Positions 9,178 to 18,669 of a stretch of DNA of 43,960 nt are shown here, piece by piece; positions within the stretch are counted from its first letter, which is position 1; every line of letters starts with the position of its first letter. The stretch is from Parabacteroides sp. (GTDB lineage: Bacteria; Bacteroidota; Bacteroidia; Bacteroidales; Tannerellaceae). The position numbers and the translations under genes are program-made. The notes under the pieces were generated by a model. That model did no database searches, was not told the DNA's origin, and was given only the letters and a program-made list of their open reading frames with translations. The DNA lies in assembly GCA_019411205.1 (NCBI GenBank), contig DXRF01000003.1, positions 1-43,960 on the forward strand. Reading direction: 5' to 3'.

Positions 9178-11835
9178 TTACAGCTTATGTATCACCTTCA
9201 TCAACTGATCTCCCAAGCCGATTGTGTAGCCTTGTGAAACGAACACTACACGGTTGAAAGTGTCGGCAATGATGAAGATTGGCAGTGTGTTGGCGTTCTG
9301 CAACTTCATGGCTGCGGCGATCTCCTTCTGAATTGTTTTGTCGATATCTATACCGTATGTGATGGTAGTTGGCAACTCTCCGAACTCCTTCGGATCGAAG
9401 TTCTGGAAGCCTTTTTCATCGGGGAACAACAAAACCATGCCGCGGCCCCATTCTTCGAGGTCCTTCTTTACGGCGGCAATGTCACGCATGGCGTGGTTGG
9501 TCGGCTCCTGGCGTGCTCCGAGGACAGCGACAACATAATAGCCGCGGCCGGTGGTAGCCAACAGACTCGTTTCCTCGCCGTTATCAGCCCGTTTGAATTT
9601 GTTTTCGGAGTTGAAGCTGCCAATGACCTGTACATCATCCTGGCTTTCGCGCATCTCCAGTTTGATATCACTCGTCTTGCCCGGTTCTACGTTGAAGAAG
9701 GATATTTCGGCCAATACGCTACCGTTTGCCATACGTGTTCCGGTTACCAACATATAATGGCCCTCATCCATAGGAAGCGGCTTTTTCAACAGAGCGCTCC
9801 AAGTGTCGCCGCCACCCATATCCACGTCGCCCGATTCGAAGTTAAGCGTCTGCAACTTGCCGGTCGGCAGCACTTTCGCAATCGTGAAATGGCTGTAATA
9901 TTTCGGGTCCTGCAATGCTTTGATTGGCTGGTAAGAAGCCACGACCTTACCTTGCTTGGCAACCGTCTGCCCGGCAGCTTCGAAGTCGACATCCACCCAG
10001 TTCAGGCCTTTCGCATATTGCACTTTCCCTGCCACCGGTTCGATACGCGCCGGAATACCGATGCTACGGCATACGGCAACGAAGAATATATTGCGGGAAC
10101 CTTTGTCGGCCACGCGCGATTTCCATACGCCCATCGGCATAATCGGAATGCGTTGAGGATTCAGGCTGTCATTGATACTGATATTTTCCTTCACCCAGTC
10201 TACAATTAATTGCGGATCAGCTTTCGCCTTCTTCACCAATGCCGGATCGACGTTGGCGGCGAAAAACTTCCTATAAGGTGTCAGGAACTCGTTTGCCACA
10301 CGCGGATTGAGGATATATTCGGTAAACAGGGAACTTTGCACAGCCTGGACATTGTTCAGATGGTCTGCCAACACGGAAGCCGGCGTATCACGCAAATCTT
10401 TGGCAGAGACGACATTCAGCAAATCCATCGCCATCGGTCGTTTGTCGGCAGGCGTATCGCGGAGGAACTTCTCGATCTCACGCCAGTTGCCCCGGCTGCC
10501 GATCATGAAATCGGCTGTTTTCAGCGGGTCGATGTTTAATTCTTTGGCAAGTGCTTCCGCTTTCTCTTCCGTATAGAAAGTGCCTACATATTTATTGCGG
10601 ATCAGATCCTCTTCGTGCAAACGCTTGGCGTTGGCCTCTTTCTGTTCGTCCGTCACGCAGGCGGCAATGGAGCCGTCTATCGGAGGAATGACGTCGAGCG
10701 TGACGGTTTCGATGTCTCCCGGTTTCTTGTCGAGGGTGATCGTCACGCTATCTTCTTTACCAAACGACACTTTGCTGTATCCGAACTTGCCGTCCTTGGT
10801 CGCCCATACCAGCATATCGCCTTTACCGGCTGAAAGGAAAGCTTTCCCTTCAGCATCCGCCTTCTTATTAGCTACGGAATAGAATTCGGCATAATTATAT
10901 ATCTTGAATTCAACATCGGCTCCGACAGCCGGCCGGCCGTTTTCATCCACGACAGTGATCGTTGCTTTGGCCGTAGGGGCATAATTGTCGATCACGTTGA
11001 TCTCGGTGTAACCGTCGGTAACGTCCATCACCTCTTCCGGTCCGTTGTATTTGCCGAATACTTTCGTGTGCATCAGCATACCACGGTAAGCCGGTCCGTT
11101 GAACCATCCCAAATTGAGTACCGGTTCCGGTTCGCAAGCCCCGAGAAAATACCATTTGCCGTTTACCCAGGCTTCCACCCAGGCATGATTGTCGTCGGTA
11201 TGCGCCCAACGCGGCGTATAGACTTGGCGGGCCGGTATGCCGACCGAACGAAGGGCAGCTACGGTAAACGTCGACTCCTCGCCACAACGCCCGTAGGCTG
11301 TCTTCACAGATGCCAACGGCGAGCTTGTCCGGGCATCCGACGGCGTATAGATCACTTTCTCGTGACACCAATGGTTCACCTCCAGCACTGCGTCATACAA
11401 AGACAAGCCTTTCACCCGGTCTTTCAGTTCTTCATAAAAAACCATGCGGCTCTCGTCCAGATTCTCGTTGTTGACTCGCACAGGAAGTACGAAATGGCGG
11501 AAGATATCTTCCGGTATGCTGCCTCCCCAGGGCATTTCCACCCGTGCACGGAACGAACTGCGGATATTGTCAAGATACAATTGCCCGTCGTAGTCCGTGA
11601 TATCTCCGACCGGCATATAGGCATACAAGAAAGTAAGCGCCTCTTTTTCGTCGGCCGTCATCTTTTGGTTAAAGACTGAAAAAAGGTTTCCGTTCGGCAG
11701 AGCGGCCTGCTTTGCCTGAAAGTCCTTCTCCACTTCGGCGCGGAACGCATCGTCCGAAATGAAATGCTGCTGTCTATTGCATGAAGTTCCCGCAAGGAGA
11801 ACGAACAATAGTAGAAATAGATTTGTTTTAATCAT
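9178..11835 (-). CDS. Transglutaminase-like domain lipoprotein
   Basis: Start moved to MIKTNLFLLL (11835) with lipobox AGTSC; GRCGEES, ALRSVGIPAR and NHAWVE transglutaminase-like motifs. Confidence 0.87.
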   Translation of the reverse strand: MIKTNLFLLLFVLLAGTSCNRQQHFISDDAFRAEVEKDFQAKQAALPNGNLFSVFNQKMTADEKEALTFLYAYMPVGDITDYDGQLYLDNIRSSFRARVEMPWGGSIPEDIFRHFVLPVRVNNENLDESRMVFYEELKDRVKGLSLYDAVLEVNHWCHEKVIYTPSDARTSSPLASVKTAYGRCGEESTFTVAALRSVGIPARQVYTPRWAHTDDNHAWVEAWVNGKWYFLGACEPEPVLNLGWFNGPAYRGMLMHTKVFGKYNGPEEVMDVTDGYTEINVIDNYAPTAKATITVVDENGRPAVGADVEFKIYNYAEFYSVANKKADAEGKAFLSAGKGDMLVWATKDGKFGYSKVSFGKEDSVTITLDKKPGDIETVTLDVIPPIDGSIAACVTDEQKEANAKRLHEEDLIRNKYVGTFYTEEKAEALAKELNIDPLKTADFMIGSRGNWREIEKFLRDTPADKRPMAMDLLNVVSAKDLRDTPASVLADHLNNVQAVQSSLFTEYILNPRVANEFLTPYRKFFAANVDPALVKKAKADPQLIVDWVKENISINDSLNPQRIPIMPMGVWKSRVADKGSRNIFFVAVCRSIGIPARIEPVAGKVQYAKGLNWVDVDFEAAGQTVAKQGKVVASYQPIKALQDPKYYSHFTIAKVLPTGKLQTLNFESGDVDMGGGDTWSALLKKPLPMDEGHYMLVTGTRMANGSVLAEISFFNVEPGKTSDIKLEMRESQDDVQVIGSFNSENKFKRADNGEETSLLATTGRGYYVVAVLGARQEPTNHAMRDIAAVKKDLEEWGRGMVLLFPDEKGFQNFDPKEFGELPTTITYGIDIDKTIQKEIAAAMKLQNANTLPIFIIADTFNRVVFVSQGYTIGLGDQLMKVIHKL

Positions 11836-11854
11836 AGCGTTAATTTTATTAGCA

Positions 11855-11862
11855 CAAATATA
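11855..11862 (-). promoter_or_regulatory. Bacteroidetes -7 promoter box for the transglutaminase gene
   Basis: TATATTTG on the minus strand about 20 nt upstream of the 11835 ATG; supports the shortened start. Confidence 0.55.
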
Positions 11863-11980
11863 GTGAATATATTTATTAGTCAGTAGATAGCCTTGTCTTT
11901 TAAGTGTTAAGCAGTTGTGCATATCGTTATTTTTTCTTTACTTTGAAGTGACAAATTATAGAGTAAACCGTTATTAGCCT

Positions 11981-13498
11981 ATGTTCCACGAATTACAAAT
12001 CTTTGAGAATCCTGAAGCAATCCTGTTGGTTGCTTCGATTATCTTTTTCTTCAGTATTATTGCCGGTAAAGCCGGTTTCCGTTTCGGCCTTCCCGCCTTG
12101 CTTCTCTTCTTAGGTGTCGGAATGCTGTTCGGTAGCGACGGCTTGGGCATTCAGTTCAGCAATCCCAGCGCGGCACAGTTCATAGGTATGTTGGCATTGA
12201 GTATCATCCTGTTCTCGGGTGGTATGGACACTAAGGTATCCGAGATCAAGCCGATCGCGACAGAGGGCGTCATACTCGCGACGGTGGGCGTCCTGCTGAC
12301 GACTCTTATAACGGGAGGCTTTATTTATTATGTGTTTTTATGGTCCACCGGTTACGAGACCCTTACAATAGCGGAATCGATGTTGATGGCGGCAGTAATG
12401 TCGTCTACAGACTCTGCCTCCGTCTTTTCCATCCTCAGGAGCAAAGGCGTTTATCTGAAACAACGCCTGCGTCCGACGCTGGAATTGGAAAGTGGTAGCA
12501 ACGACCCGATGGCATATATGCTTACCTTGCTCATTATCGCTTACATACAGGTCGGGGGAATGAACTTGCAGGAAGCCGTCCTGCAATTGCTCGTCCAGCT
12601 GTCTGTCGGTGCGATAGCCGGTTTCCTGCTGGGTAAGCTGGCTGTTCTGATGATCAACAAGATCAATATGGACAACGAGTCTTTATATCCGATCTTATTG
12701 TTGACAACGGCTTTCTTCACTTTCTCGGCAACAACTTTATGCAAGGGCAACGGCTATCTGGCCGTGTACATTGCCGGCCTGGTCGTGGGAAATGCCAAGA
12801 TTGTGCATAAAAAGAGCATGGGGACTTTCTTCGACGGCTTTGCCTGGCTGTGGCAGATCGTCATGTTCCTTACGTTAGGTCTGTTAGTGAACCCACACGA
12901 GTTGTTGCCTGTCGCTCCGGTAGGCCTGTTAGTGGGAGTATTCATGATACTGATAGCCCGTCCGGCAACGATTTTCCTGTGTCTGCTTCCATTTAAGAAC
13001 TTTACGACAAAAGGAAAGCTGTATATTTCGTGGGTAGGGCTTCGTGGAGCGGTTCCGATCATCTTTGCCACCTATCCGTGGATTGCCGGAGTCGATCATG
13101 GAGGCATGATCTTTAATATCGTGTTTTTCATTACGATCCTTTCCCTATTGATACAGGGAACAACCGTAACACAGGCTGCCAAATGGCTCGGACTTGTCGA
13201 CGAGCCGGAACGGAAAGATGTGTTCGGTATCGAATTGCCGGAAGATATTAAGAGCGCCATGAGCGAAATAGACATCACTCCGGCTGTCCTTTCCCACGGA
13301 AACAAACTGATGCAACTCACCTTGCCCGATCATACTCTTGCCGTTATGGTGAAAAGAGACGGACATTATTTCATTCCGAAAGGCAACACGGAGCTGAAAG
13401 AAAACGACAAGCTCCTGATGATTTCCGATAACGACGAGGCCTTGTTGCAGGCATACGATTCGTTAGGGGTGAAAAACTATACGATGAAAAAGAATTAA
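11981..13498 (+). CDS. cvrA: Potassium/proton antiporter (CvrA/NhaP2 family) with C-terminal TrkA-C domain
   Basis: Many transmembrane helices; SSTDSASVFS, LELESGSNDPMA and GLRGAVPIIFA motifs. Confidence 0.88.
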   Translation: MFHELQIFENPEAILLVASIIFFFSIIAGKAGFRFGLPALLLFLGVGMLFGSDGLGIQFSNPSAAQFIGMLALSIILFSGGMDTKVSEIKPIATEGVILATVGVLLTTLITGGFIYYVFLWSTGYETLTIAESMLMAAVMSSTDSASVFSILRSKGVYLKQRLRPTLELESGSNDPMAYMLTLLIIAYIQVGGMNLQEAVLQLLVQLSVGAIAGFLLGKLAVLMINKINMDNESLYPILLLTTAFFTFSATTLCKGNGYLAVYIAGLVVGNAKIVHKKSMGTFFDGFAWLWQIVMFLTLGLLVNPHELLPVAPVGLLVGVFMILIARPATIFLCLLPFKNFTTKGKLYISWVGLRGAVPIIFATYPWIAGVDHGGMIFNIVFFITILSLLIQGTTVTQAAKWLGLVDEPERKDVFGIELPEDIKSAMSEIDITPAVLSHGNKLMQLTLPDHTLAVMVKRDGHYFIPKGNTELKENDKLLMISDNDEALLQAYDSLGVKNYTMKKN

Positions 13499-13509
13499 AA
13501 GAATCTCGA

Positions 13510-14145
13510 TCAGGGCTGCTTCGATGCCACAACAGAATCACGCAACACCAGCAGCCCTTCCGGCCCCATATTGAACAGTAAATCCACAATACTCATATTC
13601 GGAAGAAATCCGTGCTTGTCCTGAAAGACCTGGTAATAGGGTTTCGGGGAGAAGGCCGGGTCCTCTCCTTCATGTTTCGGACGGATGATTTCGCGGAAAT
13701 CGTTCGGCACTTCAGGCTGGTACTCTTCCGTATAGATGACATTCGGATGCAGGTCAAGCAGGCGGCAGATCAACAGGCGCAGTTCCTCATTGTAATCAAA
13801 CAGGAATTCATATTTTTTCTCGTAAAAAGGAGCGAAATCCTCTTCGTAATATTCAAAAAACGGACTCATATTATAAGCCGAAACCAAAGCGTTCCAGTGC
13901 AGGTGACGCCAGTTCCCGTGATCGGAGATACGGATGTCCTTGGTCGGGCACTTCAATGTGTCCGGCTTTACGATAGGAACAGACAAGGCTAACGGACCGT
14001 TGGCGGCAGCAATGGTACAACGGTTCCGGAAGGTTTGCTTCAAATAGTTTTCGGCTGTTTCCAAGTGTACTTCCGGATATTGGAACAATTTACAATATTG
14101 CTGGACAGGGCCCAGATATGTTGTAGAAATATAGACAGATTGCAT
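13510..14145 (-). CDS. WbqC-like family protein
   Basis: ENYLKQTFRNRC, AYNMSPFFEYY and YYQVF..GFLPNMSIVDLLFNMGPE motifs. Confidence 0.88.
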   Translation of the reverse strand: MQSVYISTTYLGPVQQYCKLFQYPEVHLETAENYLKQTFRNRCTIAAANGPLALSVPIVKPDTLKCPTKDIRISDHGNWRHLHWNALVSAYNMSPFFEYYEEDFAPFYEKKYEFLFDYNEELRLLICRLLDLHPNVIYTEEYQPEVPNDFREIIRPKHEGEDPAFSPKPYYQVFQDKHGFLPNMSIVDLLFNMGPEGLLVLRDSVVASKQP

Positions 14146-15035
14146 CAGTTTACAGGTTTAAAGATTCGTTGTTTGTCTTGGCTGAACCAGCAGAACCAGG
14201 CATTCCCGATGATACGGTCACGCGGGATAAAACCTAAATGACGGGAATCGACCGATTCGTTTACGTTGTCGGAAAGCATCCAATAATAATCCTGTTGGAA
14301 AAAGAAAAAAGCAGTCTCCCTCCCGTCTAAATATAGCTTTCCGTCACGGAAAACAGCCTTTTCTCCGGCCTCGGCCAATATCGCCTCCCTACAGGCGGTA
14401 AGGGCTGCTTCATCCAAACGGTATGCCCGGCCTTTACGGGGAACGGCCAGTTTGTACGGAGCAAACTGATTCCGGATAAAATGAATGTTCATTTCTTCCG
14501 TCAGTTCTTCACGCAATTGATATTCTTCGAAGGTAGTCAGGGAAAAAGAGAACCCAAACGTCTCGCTCTTCCAGTCCCGCACCGGAATATTCAGTTTTTG
14601 CAAAGCTTTCAGGAAATCGGCAGCACTCTTCCGGGTAATGAAACAGGTATTAAGCGCGCGGGGAGAGTGAGGTAGCAGTTTTCCATTTACTTCGTATCCG
14701 TCGCCACTCACCAGGATAGTGTCTCCGGGCATACCGATGCAACGGCTCAAGAACAAGGGGTTGCTCACCGTGTCTTTCAGAAGCGGACTGGTAAACAGCA
14801 CGACCTTGTTCCGTCCAGGATTTCCTTCAAGCGGCAATTTATTTACCAAGATATAATCGCCTTGATGCAACGCCTCTTCCATCGCATTCGTCGATATCCG
14901 GTAAGATTCGATACAGAAACGGCGGACGGGTATAACAATGAGAAAGGCGATAACAATCGTTACCACCCAACCCACGTAGAGGCGACCTTTACGGCCGCCC
15001 GCCCCGCTTATGTTATCATGCATCTTTTTCCCCAT
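14145..15035 (-). CDS. S26 signal peptidase I paralog with substituted catalytic residues
   Basis: GDYILVNK, SRCIGMPGD and YYWMLSDN..ESVDSRHLGFIP align with lepB boxes B-E. Confidence 0.8.
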   Translation of the reverse strand: MGKKMHDNISGAGGRKGRLYVGWVVTIVIAFLIVIPVRRFCIESYRISTNAMEEALHQGDYILVNKLPLEGNPGRNKVVLFTSPLLKDTVSNPLFLSRCIGMPGDTILVSGDGYEVNGKLLPHSPRALNTCFITRKSAADFLKALQKLNIPVRDWKSETFGFSFSLTTFEEYQLREELTEEMNIHFIRNQFAPYKLAVPRKGRAYRLDEAALTACREAILAEAGEKAVFRDGKLYLDGRETAFFFFQQDYYWMLSDNVNESVDSRHLGFIPRDRIIGNAWFCWFSQDKQRIFKPVN

Positions 15036-15045
15036 AGAAACTTGT

Positions 15046-16443
15046 TTAGTCAGGATGTACCCAGCGGAACATACGGTTCCAGCGAATACCGCCGTCGAAC
15101 AGGCTACGATCCTTATCCAGTGACAGCCAGATCATGATCGGCTTGCCTACGATATGGTCTTCCGGCACGAAACCCCAGGAACGGCTGTCGGCACTGTTGT
15201 GGCGGTTGTCACCCATCATCCAGTAATAATCGTATTTGAACGTATAGTCCGTTTCCGGCTTGCCGTTGATGTAGACCTTACCATCCTTTACTTCCAGCTT
15301 ATTGTGTTCGTAGTTGACGATACAGCGTTTATAAAGAGCGATATTACGTTCAGTCAGCGGGATCGTGGTTCCCTTCTTCGGAATCCATAATGGTCCGTAA
15401 TTGTCACGGCTCCATCCGGTCTGGTAGTCTACCGGGTAATAAGAATCGGCTCCTACAGGGTCCGGTTCGAGAACCACACGTTTCACAACCGGCAGTTTTT
15501 TAGCAATCTCCAATGTCTTTTGAGTCAGTGGAAAATGGTAAATCGGATTATACTGCCCGTTGTCGTTCGGCTGAATATTCAACATAGACATATATGAAGG
15601 ATTATAGCTTCCGTCAATCAATACACGGTCGGCTTTGCTGACATCCAGTAAACGGAACTGCTCCTCACTCAACATGGAACCGTCCGTCTCGACGAAGTAG
15701 TTCAGCTGCATCTTTTCCGGATTCTTGGCAGCAACACCATCGATGTAGACCTGGTTGTTACGAATCTCGATCGTGTCGCCCGGCATACCGATACACCGTT
15801 TGACATAGTTCTCTCGTTTGTCGACAGGTCGGTAGATCACATCACCGAAATCCGCTTTATTCAACAGGATAGCTTCCCGGCCGTATTGCTCTACCAAGTG
15901 GTAATAGTCCGGATTCTGGACTTTCAGTGCAACCGTATCGCCGGCAGGAAAGTTGAACACGACAATATCATTCCGTTTCACATGCCCGAAACCTTTCACC
16001 CGCTTGTAGTCCCACTCCGGCCAGTCCAGATAAGACTTGCAGTTGAAAAATGGCAATGTGTTTTGTACCAGCGGGAAAGCAACCGGCGTATTCGGCACGC
16101 GCGGTCCGTAGCTGAGCTTGCTGACAAACAGATAATCACCCACCAACAAGGACTTCTCCAGAGAAGAACTGGGAATCTGGTAATTCTGGAAAATAAAGAT
16201 ATTGATGAAATAGACGGCAACCAGTGCAAACAGGATATCATCCACCCATTCCAGCACATTGCGTATCTGCGGATTCTTGGTGCGTTTCCAGGCTCCCCAG
16301 GGGATGTATTCGGTCAGGAAAATATCGACAAGAATGATCAGGCCCAACAACAACCAGGCATTCTGCATCCAAAGCGTGAAAAGCAGATAGAGAACGGCAG
16401 CTATGCTGAATTTAATCCATTGTTTCTTGGAAAACTTCTTCAT
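15046..16443 (-). CDS. lepB: Signal peptidase I
   Basis: IPSSSLEKSLLVGD (catalytic Ser), YVKRCIG (catalytic Lys), MMGDNRHNSADSR. Confidence 0.95.
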   Translation of the reverse strand: MKKFSKKQWIKFSIAAVLYLLFTLWMQNAWLLLGLIILVDIFLTEYIPWGAWKRTKNPQIRNVLEWVDDILFALVAVYFINIFIFQNYQIPSSSLEKSLLVGDYLFVSKLSYGPRVPNTPVAFPLVQNTLPFFNCKSYLDWPEWDYKRVKGFGHVKRNDIVVFNFPAGDTVALKVQNPDYYHLVEQYGREAILLNKADFGDVIYRPVDKRENYVKRCIGMPGDTIEIRNNQVYIDGVAAKNPEKMQLNYFVETDGSMLSEEQFRLLDVSKADRVLIDGSYNPSYMSMLNIQPNDNGQYNPIYHFPLTQKTLEIAKKLPVVKRVVLEPDPVGADSYYPVDYQTGWSRDNYGPLWIPKKGTTIPLTERNIALYKRCIVNYEHNKLEVKDGKVYINGKPETDYTFKYDYYWMMGDNRHNSADSRSWGFVPEDHIVGKPIMIWLSLDKDRSLFDGGIRWNRMFRWVHPD

Positions 16444-16459
16444 TTGTTTCTGTTATTAA

Positions 16460-17176
16460 TTAGAATTTAAGCATATCGTCCATTCCGAGGAAACCTTTCT
16501 TTCCGGCGGTAAATTCGGCGGCAATAACGGCGCCCAAGGCAAATCCGGCACGGCTCTTTGCATCGTGCTTGATGCTGATCGTATCGACATCCGACTCATA
16601 TGTGATCTCGTGGATACCCGGAACTTCTCCTTCACGAATGGCATGGATAGGAATATCGGTTGTTTTCTCAACCGTTTCCAACGTCCAGCGGTCTTTTCGA
16701 TCCACGTTTTCAATGATTCCTTCCGCCAATGTGATGGCAGTTCCGCTGGGGGCGTCCAATTTATGGATATGATGGGTTTCCATCATTTTGATATCGTAAG
16801 CGGGGAAGTTATTCATAATCTTTGCCAGGTATTTGTTGATGGCGAAGAATATGTTTACACCGATGCTGAAATTGGAGGCATAAAAAAAGGTTTTACCTTC
16901 TTTTTCGCACATTTCTTTGACTTGTCCGATCTTGTCAAGCCAGCCTGTCGTACCAGATACAACCGGAACACCTGCGGCAAAACATTGCATATAATTGTTG
17001 AATGCTGTTGCTGGAGTCGTAAATTCGATCGCGACATCAGCACTTTTGAAATTGTCGGAGTGTATTTCTTCGGGATTATTGATATCTACGATAGACACGA
17101 TCTGGTGTCCTCTGCCAAGTGCTATCTGCTCGATAGTTTTTCCCATCTTTCCGTAACCGATAAGTGCAATCTTCAT
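16460..17176 (-). CDS. dapB: 4-hydroxy-tetrahydrodipicolinate reductase
   Basis: MKIALIGYGKMG start at 17176, VSGTTGW, ASNFSIGV and ETHHIHKLDAPSGTA motifs. Confidence 0.96.
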   Translation of the reverse strand: MKIALIGYGKMGKTIEQIALGRGHQIVSIVDINNPEEIHSDNFKSADVAIEFTTPATAFNNYMQCFAAGVPVVSGTTGWLDKIGQVKEMCEKEGKTFFYASNFSIGVNIFFAINKYLAKIMNNFPAYDIKMMETHHIHKLDAPSGTAITLAEGIIENVDRKDRWTLETVEKTTDIPIHAIREGEVPGIHEITYESDVDTISIKHDAKSRAGFALGAVIAAEFTAGKKGFLGMDDMLKF

Positions 17177-17232
17177 ACTTATATATTTAACTTTCAATTT
17201 TTAACTTTCAACATTCTACTGATAACGTGCTG

Positions 17233-17240
17233 CAAATATA
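17233..17240 (-). promoter_or_regulatory. Bacteroidetes -7 promoter box for the dapB-lepB operon
   Basis: TATATTTG on the minus strand, followed by CAGC. Confidence 0.55.
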
Positions 17241-17287
17241 AAGAATAATGCTTAGATTTAGGACATAAATCTTAACTCTGAAAAAAG

Positions 17288-18571
17288 ATGGAACGTTTAT
17301 TACATTATGTTTGGAAATACAAACTTTACACGGCCACTCCATTGGCAACCACAGACGGACGCTCTGTCCAGGTAATCGATCCCGGAATACAGAATACGGA
17401 CGCAGGTCCCGATTTCTTCAATGCGAAGATCAAAATAGATGGAACACTATGGGCGGGAAGTGTCGAAATTCATGATAAATCTTCCGACTGGCAGCTCCAT
17501 CATCATGATACGAATAAAGCATACGACAGTGTAATTCTTCATATTACAGGTTTTAATGATTTCCAACCAGTTCGAACCAACGGGAATCTGATCCCACAAT
17601 TACTCCTGACCGTTCCGGAAAACATTCTCCGCAGTATAGACTGGTTGCTTTACCGGGAAACAGCTCTTCCATGCCTCGATCATATAGCCGGAATCGCCCC
17701 TTTACATATAGCCTGCTGGATGGAGGCTTTGCTGAGCGAGCGGCTGGAACGGAAAACACATGACATTTTCCTCCTTTTAGATGCGTATCAGGCAGACTGG
17801 AACGAAGTTTTTTATATTACTTTAACCCGGAACTTCGGCTTTGGTGTAAATAATGATGCTTTTGAAAGGCTGGCAAAAAGCTTGCCGCTCCGTTGCATCC
17901 AAAAACAACGGAGCAGCCATTCACAGATAGAAGCGATGCTTTTCGGACAGGCGGGAATGTTAGCAGAGAAGAATGATGATCATTACTTCCGCCTGTTGCA
18001 ACGAGAATACGATTTTCTACGCCATAAGTTCGACCTTTCGCCGATGGAAGATTTCGTGTTCAAGAACCTACGGACACGACCTGTCAACTTTCCGTATCTG
18101 AAAATAGCACAGTTAGCCGCTCTTTGGGTACAGCACGACACCCTGTTCTCTGCCATTCTTGAAGCCGGAAGTCCCGGAGAGATTAAGAAATATTTCAGGA
18201 TTCCTCCATCCGTTTATTGGGAGACACATTATCATTTCCGGTACGCTTCTCCCCAAAAGGAAAAGACCATAGGTGAAAACGCCCTGAACATCCTGCTGAT
18301 AAACACGATTGTCCCGATGCTCTTTGCCTACGGTCTACACAACAAACGCCCAGAATATTGCGAACGCGCCACCCGCCTTTTAGAAAGTATTCCTCCGGAA
18401 AGGAACACCATCGTTTCCACCTTCTGCAGCGCCGGTATCACTGTCCGCCATGCCGGCGACAGCCAGGCTCTGATTCAATTAAAACGCGAATATTGTGAGA
18501 AGAAGAAATGTTTGTATTGCAGGATCGGGTTCAGGATGTTGAAAACGACAATCGGACAAAAGAGCGTTTAA
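17288..18571 (+). CDS. DUF2851 family protein
   Basis: MERLLHYVWK, GPDFFNAKI, WAGSVEIH, RPVNFP and C-terminal YCEKKKCLYCRIG. Confidence 0.88.
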   Translation: MERLLHYVWKYKLYTATPLATTDGRSVQVIDPGIQNTDAGPDFFNAKIKIDGTLWAGSVEIHDKSSDWQLHHHDTNKAYDSVILHITGFNDFQPVRTNGNLIPQLLLTVPENILRSIDWLLYRETALPCLDHIAGIAPLHIACWMEALLSERLERKTHDIFLLLDAYQADWNEVFYITLTRNFGFGVNNDAFERLAKSLPLRCIQKQRSSHSQIEAMLFGQAGMLAEKNDDHYFRLLQREYDFLRHKFDLSPMEDFVFKNLRTRPVNFPYLKIAQLAALWVQHDTLFSAILEAGSPGEIKKYFRIPPSVYWETHYHFRYASPQKEKTIGENALNILLINTIVPMLFAYGLHNKRPEYCERATRLLESIPPERNTIVSTFCSAGITVRHAGDSQALIQLKREYCEKKKCLYCRIGFRMLKTTIGQKSV

Positions 18572-18626
18572 ATGCAAAGATTGATTAATGGTAGGATACC
18601 CTACTAATTTTCACCGGATTTTTCCC

Positions 18627-18634
18627 TATTTTTG
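18627..18634 (+). promoter_or_regulatory. Bacteroidetes -7 promoter box
   Basis: TATTTTTG followed by CA, about 35 nt upstream of the ATG at 18670. Confidence 0.5.
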
Positions 18635-18669
18635 CACGTGTTTGTCAAATGTATTTGAAATAGACATAA

